A stretch of 64,000 nucleotides of DNA from an uncultured delta proteobacterium (GCA_963774705.1 CAVZFW010000001.1:269743-333742), one strand, 5' to 3'; counted from the stretch's first letter, positions 30,766-42,258 are shown. Notes: a model not told the origin generated them from the sequence alone. A program made the numbers and translations.

Positions 30766-32046
30766 TCAGTTTTTGTCGTCGTCGTCGATTTCGTCGGGAG
30801 GTTCTGCGTGCGGGTCTTCCTCAGACGGGGCGCGGCTGGTCAGGCGAAAATAATTTATCGAAGCGAGCACCATGCGCCATCCGGAGGGGAATTCGATTGC
30901 GCCGGCGTCGGGATGCGGCTCGGCGTCGATGAGGACCTTGCGCCCGCGATGCCATTGCACGAGCAACATCTGATGGCCGAGTTGGCGGCCGCTTGGCGGA
31001 TCGATCGCGAAATCACCGAAGAGCGTGGTGGTGTGGAGATCAGCAAACGCGCTGCGCAGACGCGCCTGATCGAGAGCGCCCGCGCGGCGTAATGCGGCGA
31101 CGGTGACGAGTCCGGCGGCGTATGCTTGTGCGGCCGGATAGTCGCATTCGAGGGCTCCACGGGTCGCCATCCGGCGCGCGAAGTCATGCGGGGAGGGCCC
31201 GAGTTCGGGAACGATGTCGAAGTCCGGTTCCCATTGGCTGGGGCCGACGATGCCCTCGGCGTCGAGGCCGAGATCGCGACCGAAGCGCGCCACGCCGGCG
31301 GCGACGCATCCGAGGAACGGGATATTGGCTGAGTTGGTGACGCAGAGTTTCATGATCGCGAGGTCGTGGGCGTAACTGCCGGCGCTGACGACCGCGTTGA
31401 TGCGGTTGCGGCGCAGCGCGGCAAGGAGAACTTCGGGGGTGTGATCGGGATCGAAGCGGGTCGAGAATTTGAGGCGCAGACGCACTCCATGAAGCCAGTT
31501 GCGGCGCAGGTTGCATTGACGCTCCGCGCCCATCGCGACGGCGCTCGCAAAGGGCGTCTTGGCGGACACGATCGCGACGCGCTTGCGCCAGAACTTGAGC
31601 GTCGCGAGCAGGCGGACAACGCCATTCAAGTAAGTGCTCGCGGGACTAAGGATGCCGACGATCATGCGGGGGCGATCGGTGACGCGATCGGTTGCAAGAG
31701 GGTCGGGATAGAGATCGTCGGCCGCGCCACCATGGTTAACCAGGAGCATCCCGGCTTCGTCGGCGACGGTGGCGGCGGCGCGCGTGAGGGCGGTCGAGTA
31801 GGGGCCGAAGAGGACGTCGACGTGGCGCTCGAAGCAGAGCCAGCGGTAGATTTCGCGCGCGCGATCGCGGCGGCTGGCGTCGTCGCGATACTCGAGCTGG
31901 ATGGCGCAGCGCTCGCCGGCAATCTCGATACCGCCGGCGGCGTTTATATCGTCGGCAAAGAGGCGCAGCGCGGCTTCGATCTGCAAACCGATCGCGGAGT
32001 ATTCACCGCTGAGAGGAAGCGAGAGGCCGATGACGATCGTTCGCAT
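30766..32046 (-). CDS. Periplasmic-binding-protein type I (LivK-like) ABC transporter substrate-binding protein, no obvious signal peptide
   Basis: 426 aa. VIGLSLPLSGEYSAIG and overall PBP1 layout. Acidic C-terminal tail EIDDDDKN. Confidence 0.6.
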   Translation of the reverse strand: MRTIVIGLSLPLSGEYSAIGLQIEAALRLFADDINAAGGIEIAGERCAIQLEYRDDASRRDRAREIYRWLCFERHVDVLFGPYSTALTRAAATVADEAGMLLVNHGGAADDLYPDPLATDRVTDRPRMIVGILSPASTYLNGVVRLLATLKFWRKRVAIVSAKTPFASAVAMGAERQCNLRRNWLHGVRLRLKFSTRFDPDHTPEVLLAALRRNRINAVVSAGSYAHDLAIMKLCVTNSANIPFLGCVAAGVARFGRDLGLDAEGIVGPSQWEPDFDIVPELGPSPHDFARRMATRGALECDYPAAQAYAAGLVTVAALRRAGALDQARLRSAFADLHTTTLFGDFAIDPPSGRQLGHQMLLVQWHRGRKVLIDAEPHPDAGAIEFPSGWRMVLASINYFRLTSRAPSEEDPHAEPPDEIDDDDKN

Positions 32047-32188
32047 GGGAACACGGCAAGGAAAGTCAGTGGTTCAGGAGCGCTCGCGAGATCGCCTAGC
32101 GAACAGGTTTCAGACTTCTCATTAGGTAAAATCCGGTCACCGTCCGAACGGCCGCGCGGCTGCGTTGCAGCCGAGAAAAACTAAGCGA

Positions 32189-33130
32189 TCATACACCAGT
32201 ACGCACTATCGGTGAGACTATGGCGAGGCCGTCGCGGATGACGATGTGGCCATCGGGATTGCAGGTTTCATAGGCATAGGTGCGAAGCCGGTCGCGATCG
32301 GCGAACTGTAGTCCGTCAGGAGCAGCGGACGATAAGCGTTCGGCGTCCGAGCGGAGTTCGGCAGGGTCAGGAGCCGACCAGACCTTGGTGGTGATGGTGT
32401 CGCCGGGAAAGACCGGGCGGGAAAAGCGCACGGCGAGCGCCTTGAGCCGCGTCGGGTCGCCGGCGCACAGGTGATCGACGATCGCTTTCGCGGTGAAGGC
32501 CATCGTGCAGAGACCGTGAACAATGATGCCGGGAAGGCCCGCCATTCTAGCGACATTCGCATCCACGTGAATCGGATTGAGATCGCCAGACGCGGCCGCA
32601 TAGCGGGAAGTCTGATCGAGGTCGATGGTTTGTGCGACGGTAATGAGCGGCGCGCCGCGATCGAGAGTCGGCTGGCCCCTCGAATCAACCGAGGCGACCG
32701 ATGTGCGCCGTCCGCGTATGAAACTGGTGAACACGGTGCGGTTGACGATATCCCCGCGGTCGTTGCGCGCCTCGAGTTCAAGCGCCATCGATTCGCCACC
32801 TTGATGGGTTTCGATCGAAGCAATTTTAGCCGTGGAAGTGATCGAATCACCGGGGCGAATCGGCGTGTAGAACGACATGGCGTGCGCGGAATGGAGCAGA
32901 CGGAGAAGGTCGGCATGAAGCTCGGGATCGGTCATCACGGTGATCACGGAAAGCCAGGTGACGACTGCGGTGAACATCGGGGACGCGACGATTCCGCCAG
33001 CCGCATTATCGTCGAAATAGCGCGGGTTATCGTCGTTGCAGGCGAGCGCGTAATTCTCGATGGCGTCGCGGGTGACGGTGGTGGTCAGGGGCGGGTAGGT
33101 TTTGCCGAGGCATGCGGGGTTGAGCGGCAC
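32189..33130 (-). CDS. MaoC-like double hot-dog dehydratase/(R)-specific enoyl-CoA hydratase
   Basis: 313 aa. The C-terminal half has the MaoC motif GDLNPIHVDANVARMAGLPGIIVHG; the N-terminal half is a second hot-dog domain. Confidence 0.8.
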   Translation of the reverse strand: MPLNPACLGKTYPPLTTTVTRDAIENYALACNDDNPRYFDDNAAGGIVASPMFTAVVTWLSVITVMTDPELHADLLRLLHSAHAMSFYTPIRPGDSITSTAKIASIETHQGGESMALELEARNDRGDIVNRTVFTSFIRGRRTSVASVDSRGQPTLDRGAPLITVAQTIDLDQTSRYAAASGDLNPIHVDANVARMAGLPGIIVHGLCTMAFTAKAIVDHLCAGDPTRLKALAVRFSRPVFPGDTITTKVWSAPDPAELRSDAERLSSAAPDGLQFADRDRLRTYAYETCNPDGHIVIRDGLAIVSPIVRTGV

Positions 33131-33292
33131 GGGATTCTACTTGACGGTCCACATTTGAATCGGCGGGCGAACGATCATGTGAAATTTCGAAATGCCCTCA
33201 CCCGCGTTCGCGATGCTCACGCGACCTCTCCCTGGACAAGGAGAGGTGTTGGAAGGCAGCAGCAGCATTTTTCGCAGGTTGGTTAAGGCCTT

Positions 33293-33838
33293 TTAGTTTT
33301 CGTCGCGATAGATGTACCAATTCTTCCTGAAGGGCTTAAAGGCCATGTAGAAGCTGCTTGATGGATATATCGGATTGAGGTCTCGGGGCATGCTATCTAA
33401 CGACGCTACGATTGGAGAGAGTGGCTTCTCGGAATAAACATAACCTTTTGAGGAGCCTGCCGGAACAATCCCAGAGGTGTATATCGGAAAAATTATGACG
33501 TCGATTGAATCACTTTCAATACCCGTAATATCAATTGCCGTATTTTCAATTCCCATTGGAAGGCCGACTTTACGGAACAATTCGCGGTAGCGATTCCATC
33601 GTTCTGTAGACAATCCGACGTTCGCTCTCGGCCAAGAGGCATCAGTGTCCAGCGACGTAAAGTCGGGCGCAATTCCAACAAGATGTTTGTCCTGCTCCGC
33701 CATCACAACAAGCTGCGGCAGATCCGATTCCAGACCAGGAAACTGGCGCTCCAAGGTCGCATCATGTGGAGGACCAGTGATCCATACGTAGCCGACAATT
33801 GGTAGCGCTGTAACCACTATCAGCGCGCCAATCCACAC
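33293..33838 (-). CDS. Hypothetical membrane-anchored protein in a local low-GC pocket
   Basis: MWIGALIVVTALPIVGYVWITG N-terminal anchor. 181 aa with no recognisable motifs. Local GC is clearly lower than in the flanks. Confidence 0.45.
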   Translation of the reverse strand: MWIGALIVVTALPIVGYVWITGPPHDATLERQFPGLESDLPQLVVMAEQDKHLVGIAPDFTSLDTDASWPRANVGLSTERWNRYRELFRKVGLPMGIENTAIDITGIESDSIDVIIFPIYTSGIVPAGSSKGYVYSEKPLSPIVASLDSMPRDLNPIYPSSSFYMAFKPFRKNWYIYRDEN

Positions 33839-33908
33839 TGAGAAGTCTTAGTAGTGCCCTTAGCAAACGTTTCATCCGCGAATGACACCGGGACCTCAGG
33901 GACGCTGG

Positions 33909-35228
33909 TTAGTCGAGTTCGCGGCCGCCGACGAATACCGCCTTCAGATTCAGATCGCGGTCGAGCACGATTAAATCGGCGCGCCAGCCGGGTTCGATGC
34001 GGCCGCGATCGGTGAGGCCGAGAATCGCGGAGGGGCCGAACGCGGACATCTCGCCGTATTCGGAGAGCACGCCATTGAGGGACCATCCGTTGTCAACGAG
34101 CCGTTTGGCGGTGAGGTGCAAGCCGTCGAGCATCGTGATGACGCTGCCGGCGAGAGCGCCGTCGGGGAGCCTGGCGGCGCCGTCGGCGATACGGGCTTCG
34201 CCGACGAGGCCGCCAAAGAGCGGCATCGGAGACCCGTCGGTGCCGGCGAGTGCGACGCGGTCGGTGGTAATAACCGGGTTGAAATTCGGTGTATTGAGCA
34301 GGGCCGGATGCAGATGGACGCCATCGGGAATGACGGCGGCGCGGGCGGTCGAGAGCGACAGCGCGGCGCCGACAACGCCCGGCGCGCGATGGTGCAGCGG
34401 GGGCATCGCGTTAAACAAATGGGTGAACATGCGCGCACCGGCGTCGATGGCGGCCAGCGTCTGATCGTAGGTCGCGTCGGTATGGCCGATGGAAACGACT
34501 ACGCCGCGGGCGGTCAACGCACGGATGGCATGGAGCGCGCCGTCGAGTTCGGGCGCGAGGGTAATTAGCTTAAGGGTCTTGAGGCGGCCGACGCGATCGA
34601 GCGCGTCACCCTGGGGCAGCAGATTCATCGGGGGGTGAATGCCGCGCCGCGCGGGTGAGATGAAGGGACCCTCGAGATGCATCCCGAGGATGGTCGCACC
34701 GGGCGGATTGCTGCCGCCGCGATGGACGGCGCGATCGGAGGCGGCTTGAGCCGCCATCGCCTCGGCGATAACCGCATCTACGCGCTCGATGGTCTCGAGC
34801 GGCGACGTGATGACGGTCGGGAGCCATCCGGTGGTGCCTTCGTGCGCGAGGCAATGGGCGAGTTCGACGAGGTCTTCGGCGGTGGCGGACATCACATCGA
34901 TACCACAAGCGCCGTTGACCTGGAGATCGATGAAGCCGGGGAGGATGAAGTCGTCTATGGCGTGTTGGCGCTTTTTGAGACGCAGGATGCGATCGTCGAA
35001 GCTCAACTCGCCCTGGTGGACGGCGCTGCCGAATTTGGTGCGCGACAGGACAAGGCCGGTCAGTTGGCCGACGGCAATGCGCTTGCGGCGGGGGGCAGCC
35101 TTGACGAGGCGGAGGGTGGGAGGTTTTCTAATTGGCACGGAAACGTTCAGCCAGCAGTCGCGAGAAGCGCGGCAGGTAAAGCAGGTCGAAGGTATTGTCC
35201 TTGCCGGGGAACATCGCGACCGCGGCAC
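33909..35228 (-). CDS. nagA: N-acetylglucosamine-6-phosphate deacetylase
   Basis: LPGFIDLQVNGACGIDVM, ILGMHLEGPFIS, LITLAPEL and SIGHTDATY are conserved NagA motifs. The annotated start at 35228 is probably too far upstream; the real start is uncertain. Confidence 0.8.
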   Translation of the reverse strand: MPRSRCSPARTIPSTCFTCRASRDCWLNVSVPIRKPPTLRLVKAAPRRKRIAVGQLTGLVLSRTKFGSAVHQGELSFDDRILRLKKRQHAIDDFILPGFIDLQVNGACGIDVMSATAEDLVELAHCLAHEGTTGWLPTVITSPLETIERVDAVIAEAMAAQAASDRAVHRGGSNPPGATILGMHLEGPFISPARRGIHPPMNLLPQGDALDRVGRLKTLKLITLAPELDGALHAIRALTARGVVVSIGHTDATYDQTLAAIDAGARMFTHLFNAMPPLHHRAPGVVGAALSLSTARAAVIPDGVHLHPALLNTPNFNPVITTDRVALAGTDGSPMPLFGGLVGEARIADGAARLPDGALAGSVITMLDGLHLTAKRLVDNGWSLNGVLSEYGEMSAFGPSAILGLTDRGRIEPGWRADLIVLDRDLNLKAVFVGGRELD

Positions 35229-35379
35229 CTTTGAGCGCGTGAACGTGGTCCCAGGCCTGTTCGAGGGTCATTGAATCGTCCTGCGCGATGGTGGCGAAGG
35301 TCAGTTCGACCAGAAAGCGCAGGCGCCGGATCATCTTGTTTTCGTGCTCGATGCGAGCCGCCCGTTCCTGATCAGTCAT
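35128..35379 (-). CDS. Small hypothetical protein
   Basis: ORF 35128..35424 trimmed to MTDQERAARIEHENKMIRRL...; no motifs. Would overlap the long nagA ORF. Confidence 0.25.
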   Translation of the reverse strand: MTDQERAARIEHENKMIRRLRFLVELTFATIAQDDSMTLEQAWDHVHALKGAAVAMFPGKDNTFDLLYLPRFSRLLAERFRAN

Positions 35380-35947
35380 GGCGTTGCCGTCCCGGATGCG
35401 GATGTCGCCGAAAGCGCGGCGCATCGGAGACTATAGCGTATCGCCACCGCGCTTGTCGCATCGGGAAGATACCGTAAGGCCGATCAAGAGCTCGGCAATG
35501 ACAGGTTCGCCCGAAGCGATCAGCACTCGTCACCACGATTATGAACCAACGAAATCTTTCGATTTGTTGAGCTCGGTGCGTAGAACACAACCGCCGATTA
35601 TGGCGTATTCGCAGGAGGGATCCAGAACGCTAACGTCGATCAGGTCGATCGAAGGCAAACTGGTCGAACAGCCGGTAAATCGCGGCCTCGGTATCGGAAA
35701 GGCACTGCTCGACGAACAGGGTGGCCTTTGCCGCTGGCTGAAGCTCGCGATCCCATGGGTGGATGTCGCCGCGCGACCCACTCGATCTCAAGACGGTTGA
35801 TGGCGCTCCTGAGGCGAAGCCCGTGTCGCCGAACCTCGCCCCGGCGATTCAAGGCGAGCGAGGTCTCGATATTTCGCCGGTATTGCGATCCTTCATCCCA
35901 GAGTCGCGTCAGGATCCGCCACATATACGTTCAATCCAACGATTCCT

Positions 35948-36944
35948 TCAGGCAATGCCGTAATGCCGGCGTTTGCGCCAGAGCGTCGTTACATTGATAC
36001 CGAGAGTTGCCGCTGCCCGCTCCAAAGTAGGGCTCTCAGCCAGCACGCGTAAAATATGCTCGCGCTCGAAGTCTCTCAGTCTGGTGCCCTGCGCGGTTGG
36101 AACGAAAACCTCTGACACCGGGTGACGGACGGAATCCGGTAGGTCATCGACAGTGATTGTCTGTGACCGGGCGAGGGTCGCGGCGCGCTCCAAGGCATTG
36201 TGAAGCTCGCGAATGTTCCCGGGCCATCCGTAAGCGACCAGCGCGGCGACCGCCTTTGAGGTCGGTGTTAATCGGTTGGTCCCTCTTTTGATTGAGATCT
36301 GCGTGCAATAGCCAGTGCGCCAACGGAAGGATGTCCTGGGTACGTTCGCGGAGCGGCGGAAGGGTGAACGAGATCACGTTGAGCCGATAATACAGGTCCT
36401 CGCGAAAACGTCCGGCAGCGACCTCGGCTTCGAGATGTCGATTGGACGCGGCCATCAGGCGAACGTCTACGCTGATCGTGTGATCGCTCCCGACCCGCTC
36501 GAATCTGCGCTCCTGGATGAAGCGAAGAAGCTTGGCCTGCAAGGCAGTAGGCAGTTCAGCGATTTCATCGAACAGCACCGTGCCGCCGTGGCCGGCCTCG
36601 AGACGGCCGGGTTTATCGTTGACGGCGCCAGTGAACGCTCCGCGGACGTGACCGAACAGCTCGTTCTCCAGCAAATGCTCGGCGAGAGTCGTGCAGGTGA
36701 TCACGACAAACGGTCCGCCACGCCGCGGACTCCATCGATGAATCTGGCGCGCAAGTACATCCTTGCCGGTACCGCTCTCGCCGTTCAGGAGAATTGTGGT
36801 GTCGGCGGTCGCGGCGCGTTGCACCGTCTCGAGCAGCGCGATCATCGCGGGGTTCTGCGATTCGAGGAGCGGGGCCGCTTCGATGGATTCTCGCGCAGCT
36901 TCATCGCTGGCTGATGAAATATCAGTGGGCCTTCGAATCTCCAT
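35948..36944 (-). pseudogene. Sigma-54-dependent transcriptional activator (AAA+ sigma-54-interaction domain and HTH, no receiver domain), one frame change about 36190-36290
   Basis: 36144..36944 carries Walker A GESGTGKDVLARQIH, GAFTGA, and an ESELFGH-like motif. The HTH C-terminus (ERAATLARSQTITVDDLPD...TLGINVTTLWRKRRHYGI) is in the other frame (35948..36193). Confidence 0.7.
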
Positions 36945-37003
36945 AGCCCCTACGATCCCGAGGAGTACCCCGCGTCTGATGAAGCTGCGCTTCGGTCTGT
37001 TGA

Positions 37004-38012
37004 CTAGCTTTGCGGCGCGCCGTAGCGCTTGGCCAATTCAAGGTTGACCTGCAGCACGTTGACCATCTTCTCGCCGACCAGCCCGCCCAGCGGCGCGAAC
37101 GCGTCGGTCTGCAGCATCTGATCGATCTCCGTGCGCACCTCGGCGGGATTGCGCTTCGTATCGGTCGCCCATTTCGAGGCGACGCGATCGAGTTGGTATT
37201 CGGCGTTATCCAGCGTGATATGCGGATCCAAGCCGGAGCCCGAAGTCGTCACCATGTCGCCCGGCACATTGGCGAGGTCGGCGTCCGCATGGTCCTGGCG
37301 CCACATGTCGAAGAAGATCGATTGGATATCCGAGCCGCTCGCGACGGGCTCGATCGCGGTTTGGCTTTTCCCACCGGGCAACTGAGTCGGTTACGGCCGA
37401 GGGAAACTTGCCGGGATTCTCGCTTCGAGAAATTCTCGAAGAACATCACTGCCAGATCCGACGCCTGCGGCTGTGGGGTAGCAGGATTTTGCTTGATCCA
37501 ATCCGCCACCTCGGCCTTATGCGCCTTTGCCCAGTCGGTAATGTACTGAGCATGCGACGGGTCGGCGCTCACCCACGATTGCGCGAGTTCATTATGGTTG
37601 TCCGCCCATTGTGCGACGAGGTGCGGAGCTGCCCTGGTATTGATCCTGCTGAAACCAGGCCTCGACGTCGGGCGCGACGAGTTGTCCTTTTTTCGGGCCG
37701 CTCGCGTATTTGACGATCGGTCCCAGCATTCGCGCGACGCGATCGCGCAATAGGTAGTTCGAGGCGGCTAGCGTGGACGATGCGGAGGCCGATCCATCGT
37801 AGGAGGCCGCCGACGGACGCGGCCAGAAATACTCGTCCTTGGTGAACGGCTGTGCGATCAACAGCGACCCCACCGGCTTACCGTCGGGTCCGTTAACCAT
37901 GCTGCCGTTGGCGGTAAACGGAAAGAGCGTTTGCCCGATCGCCCACACGGCCAGCGGATAGATCAGGCAACAGATAACTACCGTCGATCCGAGGAGCCAT
38001 AAACTTTTGAGT
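37004..38012 (-). pseudogene. kdpC: K+-transporting ATPase subunit C, at least 3 frame changes
   Basis: The ATG at 38012 gives MNSITQK, then the TM helix LWLLGSTVVICCLIYPLAVWAIGQTLFPFTANGS only after a shift. Pieces 37592..37948, 37249..37572 and 37004..37381 (VTTSGSGLDPHITLDNAEYQ) each carry KdpC-conserved blocks. Confidence 0.8.
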
Positions 38013-38051
38013 GATGCTGTTCATTATTTTATCCTCAGCGCCACGCTACCG

Positions 38052-40214
38052 TCAGGCGACCATGTGCATGGCGGCCAGTCCGACATCGATGAGCTTTATT
38101 CCGATGAAGGGAAGAATCACGCCGCCGACGCCCCACACCAGCAGGTTCTTGCGCAGGAGGGCATCGGCGCCGAGCGGCTGATACTTGACGCCCTTCAGAG
38201 CGACCGGAATCAGGGCCGGAATGATGAGGGCGTTGAAGATGACCGCGGACAGTATTGCGGACGTTGGCGAATGGAGATTCATAATGTCCATCGCCTTCAG
38301 CCAGGGCAGCGTACCGGCGAAGAGTGCTGGCACAATCGCGAAATACTTGGCCACGTCGTTGGCCACCGAAAAGGTGGTTAGTGCGCCTCGCGTCATCAGG
38401 AGTTGCTTGCCGACTTCGACCACTTCAATCAGCTTGGTCGGATCGGAATCCAGGTCGACCATGTTGCCGGCTTCCTTGGCCGCCTGAGTGCCGGAATTCA
38501 TGGCGACGCCGACGTCGGCCTGAGCTAGCGCGGGTGCGTCGTTAGTGCCGTCGCCCATCATCGCGACCAGCTTGCCGTCGGCCTGCTCCTTGCGGATGTA
38601 AGCGAGCTTGGATTCGGGCGTGGCCTGCGCAACGAAGTCATCGACGCCGGCCTGCTTGGCGATCGTCGCGGCGGTAAGTGGATTGTCGCCGGTGATCATC
38701 ACGGTGCGCAGTCCCATCTTGCGAAGCCGCTCGAAGCGTTCGCTCATTCCCGGTCTTGAGAATGTCTTCCAACGCGAGAACACCGGCGATCTTGGAATTC
38801 TCGGCGACTACCAGAGGGGTTGCGCCTTTGGAGGCGATCGCATCGACAGCTTGCTGCAACGCGGCGGGTATAGTGCCGTCTCTTTGTTTGACGAAAGCGA
38901 CTACCGCATCAGCAGCGCCTTTCCGAATGCACCTGCCGTCAGGAAAATCGACGCCGCTCATTCGTGACTGCGCACTGAACGGGATGAACGTCGCATCGGC
39001 GGGGGCGCTCAAATCTTTGGAGATGACGCCGATTGCCTGCGCGGCGGTGACGATGCTTTTGCCTTCCGGGGTTTCGTCCGCGGTGGACGCAACGCCGCCA
39101 GAAGAGCCAACCTAAGTTGTGAGTAGCCAGTCACGGCTACGAAGTCGGTGGCCCGGCGATTGCCCACGGTAATGGTGCCCGTCTTATCGAGCAGGACGGT
39201 GTCGATATCCCCGGCGGTTTCAACCGACTTGCCGCTCTTGGCGATGATGTTCGCCTGTAATGCGCGATCCATGCCGGCAATACCGATCGCAGCTAGCAGC
39301 GCACCGATCGTAGTGGGAATCAGGCACACCAGCAGCGCAACGAGGGTCGGCACATCGGTGCCGAGGCTCTTTAGCGGATCTGAAAGGCTCAAGGTAACCC
39401 ATCATGTATTGTTCGGCATTCCAGGCCATCGGCCAGATCGGAATTACGACGATCAGAAAGGCCAAGGTGAGTCCTGAAAGCACCAGCGTAAGCGCGATTT
39501 CATTTGGTGTCTTTTGACGCACGGCACCCTCGACCAGCGCGATCATGCGATCGAGGAAGGCCTGACCCGGCAGGGCCGTGATTTTCACGACGATTCGATC
39601 TGAGATGACCCTGGTTCCGCCGGTAACGCCGGAACGATCGCCGCCGGCCTCGCGGATAACCGGCGCAGACTCACCCGTGATCGCAGATTCATCGACCGAC
39701 GCGATGCCCTCGACCACCTCGCCGTCGCTGGGAATTACTTGCCCCGCGGCTACCACGACGCGATCACCCGGTTTGAGATCGGTCGATAGCACTTCTTCGA
39801 CCGCGTCCCCGGCTCTTGAGATCGATAGGCGGGTGTCTCGCTGCGCGTCTTGCGGAGCGACTCGCGCCTGCGCCTTACCGCGAGCCTCCGCCAGTGCCGT
39901 CGCGAAATTCGCGAACAGCACCGTCAGGAAGAGCCAGAAATCCAGCGCAATGAAGTAGGTAATCGGAACTTGACTCGACTGAGGTACTTACGAGCGCCTG
40001 TATGATGAAGAGCAAGCGTCAGCACGGCGCCGATCTCGACCACGAACATGACCGGATTGCTCCACTGAATGTCCGGGCGAAGCATCACCAAAGATTGCTT
40101 CAAGGCATCGCGCACGAGTTCGGGTTCAAACAGCTTCCGGCTTTTGATTCGCCTTGGCGGGCGCGGATGTTCGGGTGCTTCAAGCGGCCGTAGCGGTGTT
40201 GCAACTGCTCCCAT
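38052..40214 (-). pseudogene. kdpB: K+-transporting ATPase subunit B (P-type ATPase), at least 4 frame changes
   Basis: N-terminus 39924..40214 (NPVMFVVEIGAVLTL). 39220..39921 (actuator region). 39009..39392 contains the phosphorylation motif DKTGTIT. 38638..39012, and 38052..38783 ([10 protein letters not shown]...[20 protein letters not shown]). Confidence 0.85.
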
Positions 40215-40263
40215 TTTTAGATCCTCCGAAAAGTGCGCTGCGCTAGGACAATGACTCTCGAAA

Positions 40264-42116
40264 TCAGCGACCTCGCCGGTCGTTCCTTTCGTCTAGCCGC
40301 CGAACGGTATCGGCCCCAGATGCTCGGCGAGCGGACCGAGCGCGGCGACCGGCAGGAATAGCAACGCTCCTACGATCGCGATCGTGCCCAAAGAGCAGAC
40401 AGCCGAATGTAAATGTGTCGTCACGCAAGGTTCCGAGGCCAAAGGGCGTACTCTTCTTCATGCCGAGAAACGCCGCCATCGCGATCGGAGCTATGATCGG
40501 TAGATAACGGCCGAACAGAATTACCAGGCCGCCGCCGATGTCCCACGGTACGGCCTCGGGCGAAGGATTCGAATTGCTATTCAGACCGTAGGAGACTCCC
40601 AGACCGTCGAAGGCCGAACCGTTGTTGGCCGACGACGACGAGAACTGGTAAACGATTTCCGAAAGACCGTGCGCGGCCGGGATTATTCTCCGCCTTGATT
40701 CCCCAATTGGTCGCCGCGAACAGACCCGGACGGTTCCAGAATCAGGAAGCGGATGAACCAGCAGGGCGAGCATCGCGAGCGTCATCTCGCGGCCGCCGAT
40801 TTTCTTGCCCAGGTATTCCGGCGTGCGTCCCACCATCTGGCCGGCGAGAAAGATGCCGACGATCAGGAACAGCAGCAGGTTGATCATGCCGACGCCCTTG
40901 CCGCCGTAGATGCAGTTCAGCCACATCCCGACGAAAGGCGACAGTCCGGCGATCGGATTGAGGCTGTCGTGCTCCGCGTTGACCGCGCCGCACGTCACAT
41001 CAACCGTGGCTGCCGCAAAGGTAGCTCCCGCCGAGGTACCGAAACGCAGCTCCTTACCCTCGAGATTGCCCAGGTGCTGATCGACCGGTAGTCCCGCCAC
41101 GGCAGGCAGAGTAATAACCTGTTTTCCACCGGGCGCATTCGCGCTCGCAACCGTGAATGTTCTGCTTTGAGGGTGTGCGGTTAGCCCGGGGTTAGGCTTC
41201 ATCGTATCGAAATAGATCGCCCAGACGACCGTGCCCACAAATAGCAGCAGCATCACCGAGAATATGACTATTGCGTGGCGTAAGCGTCCGAGCATCCGTC
41301 CGTACATCAGGACCAGCGCCATCGGAAACAGCATCATGCAGAAGGTTGTCAAAAAAGTTCGTCCCGGCACTGGGATTCTCGAACGGATGCGCTGAATTCA
41401 TGCCGAAGAAGCCACCGCCGTTGGTGCCCATCATTTTCATGGGTACGAACGCGGCGAGCGGACCGATTACTATGTTCTGTTGCTTCGGCTGATTATTGCT
41501 GTCGGTGCCCATTGCCGCAGGCTCGAGCGTCGAGACCTGATAGGCATTCTGATAGGTCATCGGCATTCCCTGGGTCAGGAACACCATGCTGATCACGAAT
41601 GCCGCGGGCAGAAACATATAGACAATTACGCGCCACATATCGACAAAGAAGTTGCCCAGGTGTGAATCGCCGCGTAACGCACGAATAATCGCGGCGAGCG
41701 CACACAGTCCAACCGCTGCCGACATGAAAAAATTTGCTATGCAGAAGAAGATCTGACTGAAATTCGAGAAAGCCACGTCTCCCGAATAGTGCTGCATGTT
41801 CGTGTTGGTTATGAACGAGATGCACCGTATGGAAGATCGTGGTGGGTGCCAGCATGCCGAGGCCGCGCGGATTCAGCGGCATCACGGGTTGCAGCGCCAG
41901 CACGACGAAGCCGTAAACGAAGAGGACAGCGTTGAAGATCAGCAGCGCGACGGTGTATTGCTTCCAGCTTTGCGGACCGCCGTACAGCTTTTCCTCGAAC
42001 CATCGGAACGGTCGTAGCGGCTGGTAGTTGCCGTCCATGATCCTTGCCATGTAACGGCTGAGCGGAATGGCGATTACGATGGTGAAGACGATTATCGAGA
42101 TTGGCAGTAGCCACAT
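40264..42116 (-). pseudogene. kdpA: K+-transporting ATPase subunit A, at least 4 frame changes
   Basis: 41493..42116 N-terminus (MWLLPISIIVFTIV...LIFNAVLFVYGF). 41192..41797 (MQHYSGDVAFSNFSQIFFCIANFFMSAAVG). 40264..41370 and 40742..40993 C-terminal pieces with internal shifts. Confidence 0.85.
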
Positions 42117-42167
42117 TGGCTGGGTCCTCTTCTGTTAATCAGCTCTTGGCGTCAGCGGCCGTAATGA

Positions 42168-42248
42168 CTAGAACCACTCCGGCCGGACCATTGCGGTGAT
42201 CAGATAGACGAATGCGAGGGCGGCAACGATTGCTGTGAGGTAGATCAC
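42168..42248 (-). CDS. kdpF: KdpF-like micro-protein (GTG start), apparent 1-nt deletion before the conserved PE-x-F end
   Basis: Hand translation gives VIYLTAIVAALAFVYLITAMVRP, then SGSSHYGR*. Restoring one G in ccgag-tgg yields ...RPEWF*, the canonical KdpF C-terminus (compare M. tuberculosis ...LLFPEKF). Confidence 0.55.
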   Translation of the reverse strand: MIYLTAIVAALAFVYLITAMVRPEWF

Positions 42249-42258
42249 GAACGCCTCC

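Noticed and set aside
31366-32184. 272-aa plus-strand ORF
   Set aside because: Antisense to the PBP1 substrate-binding protein gene; Gly/Ala/Arg-rich.
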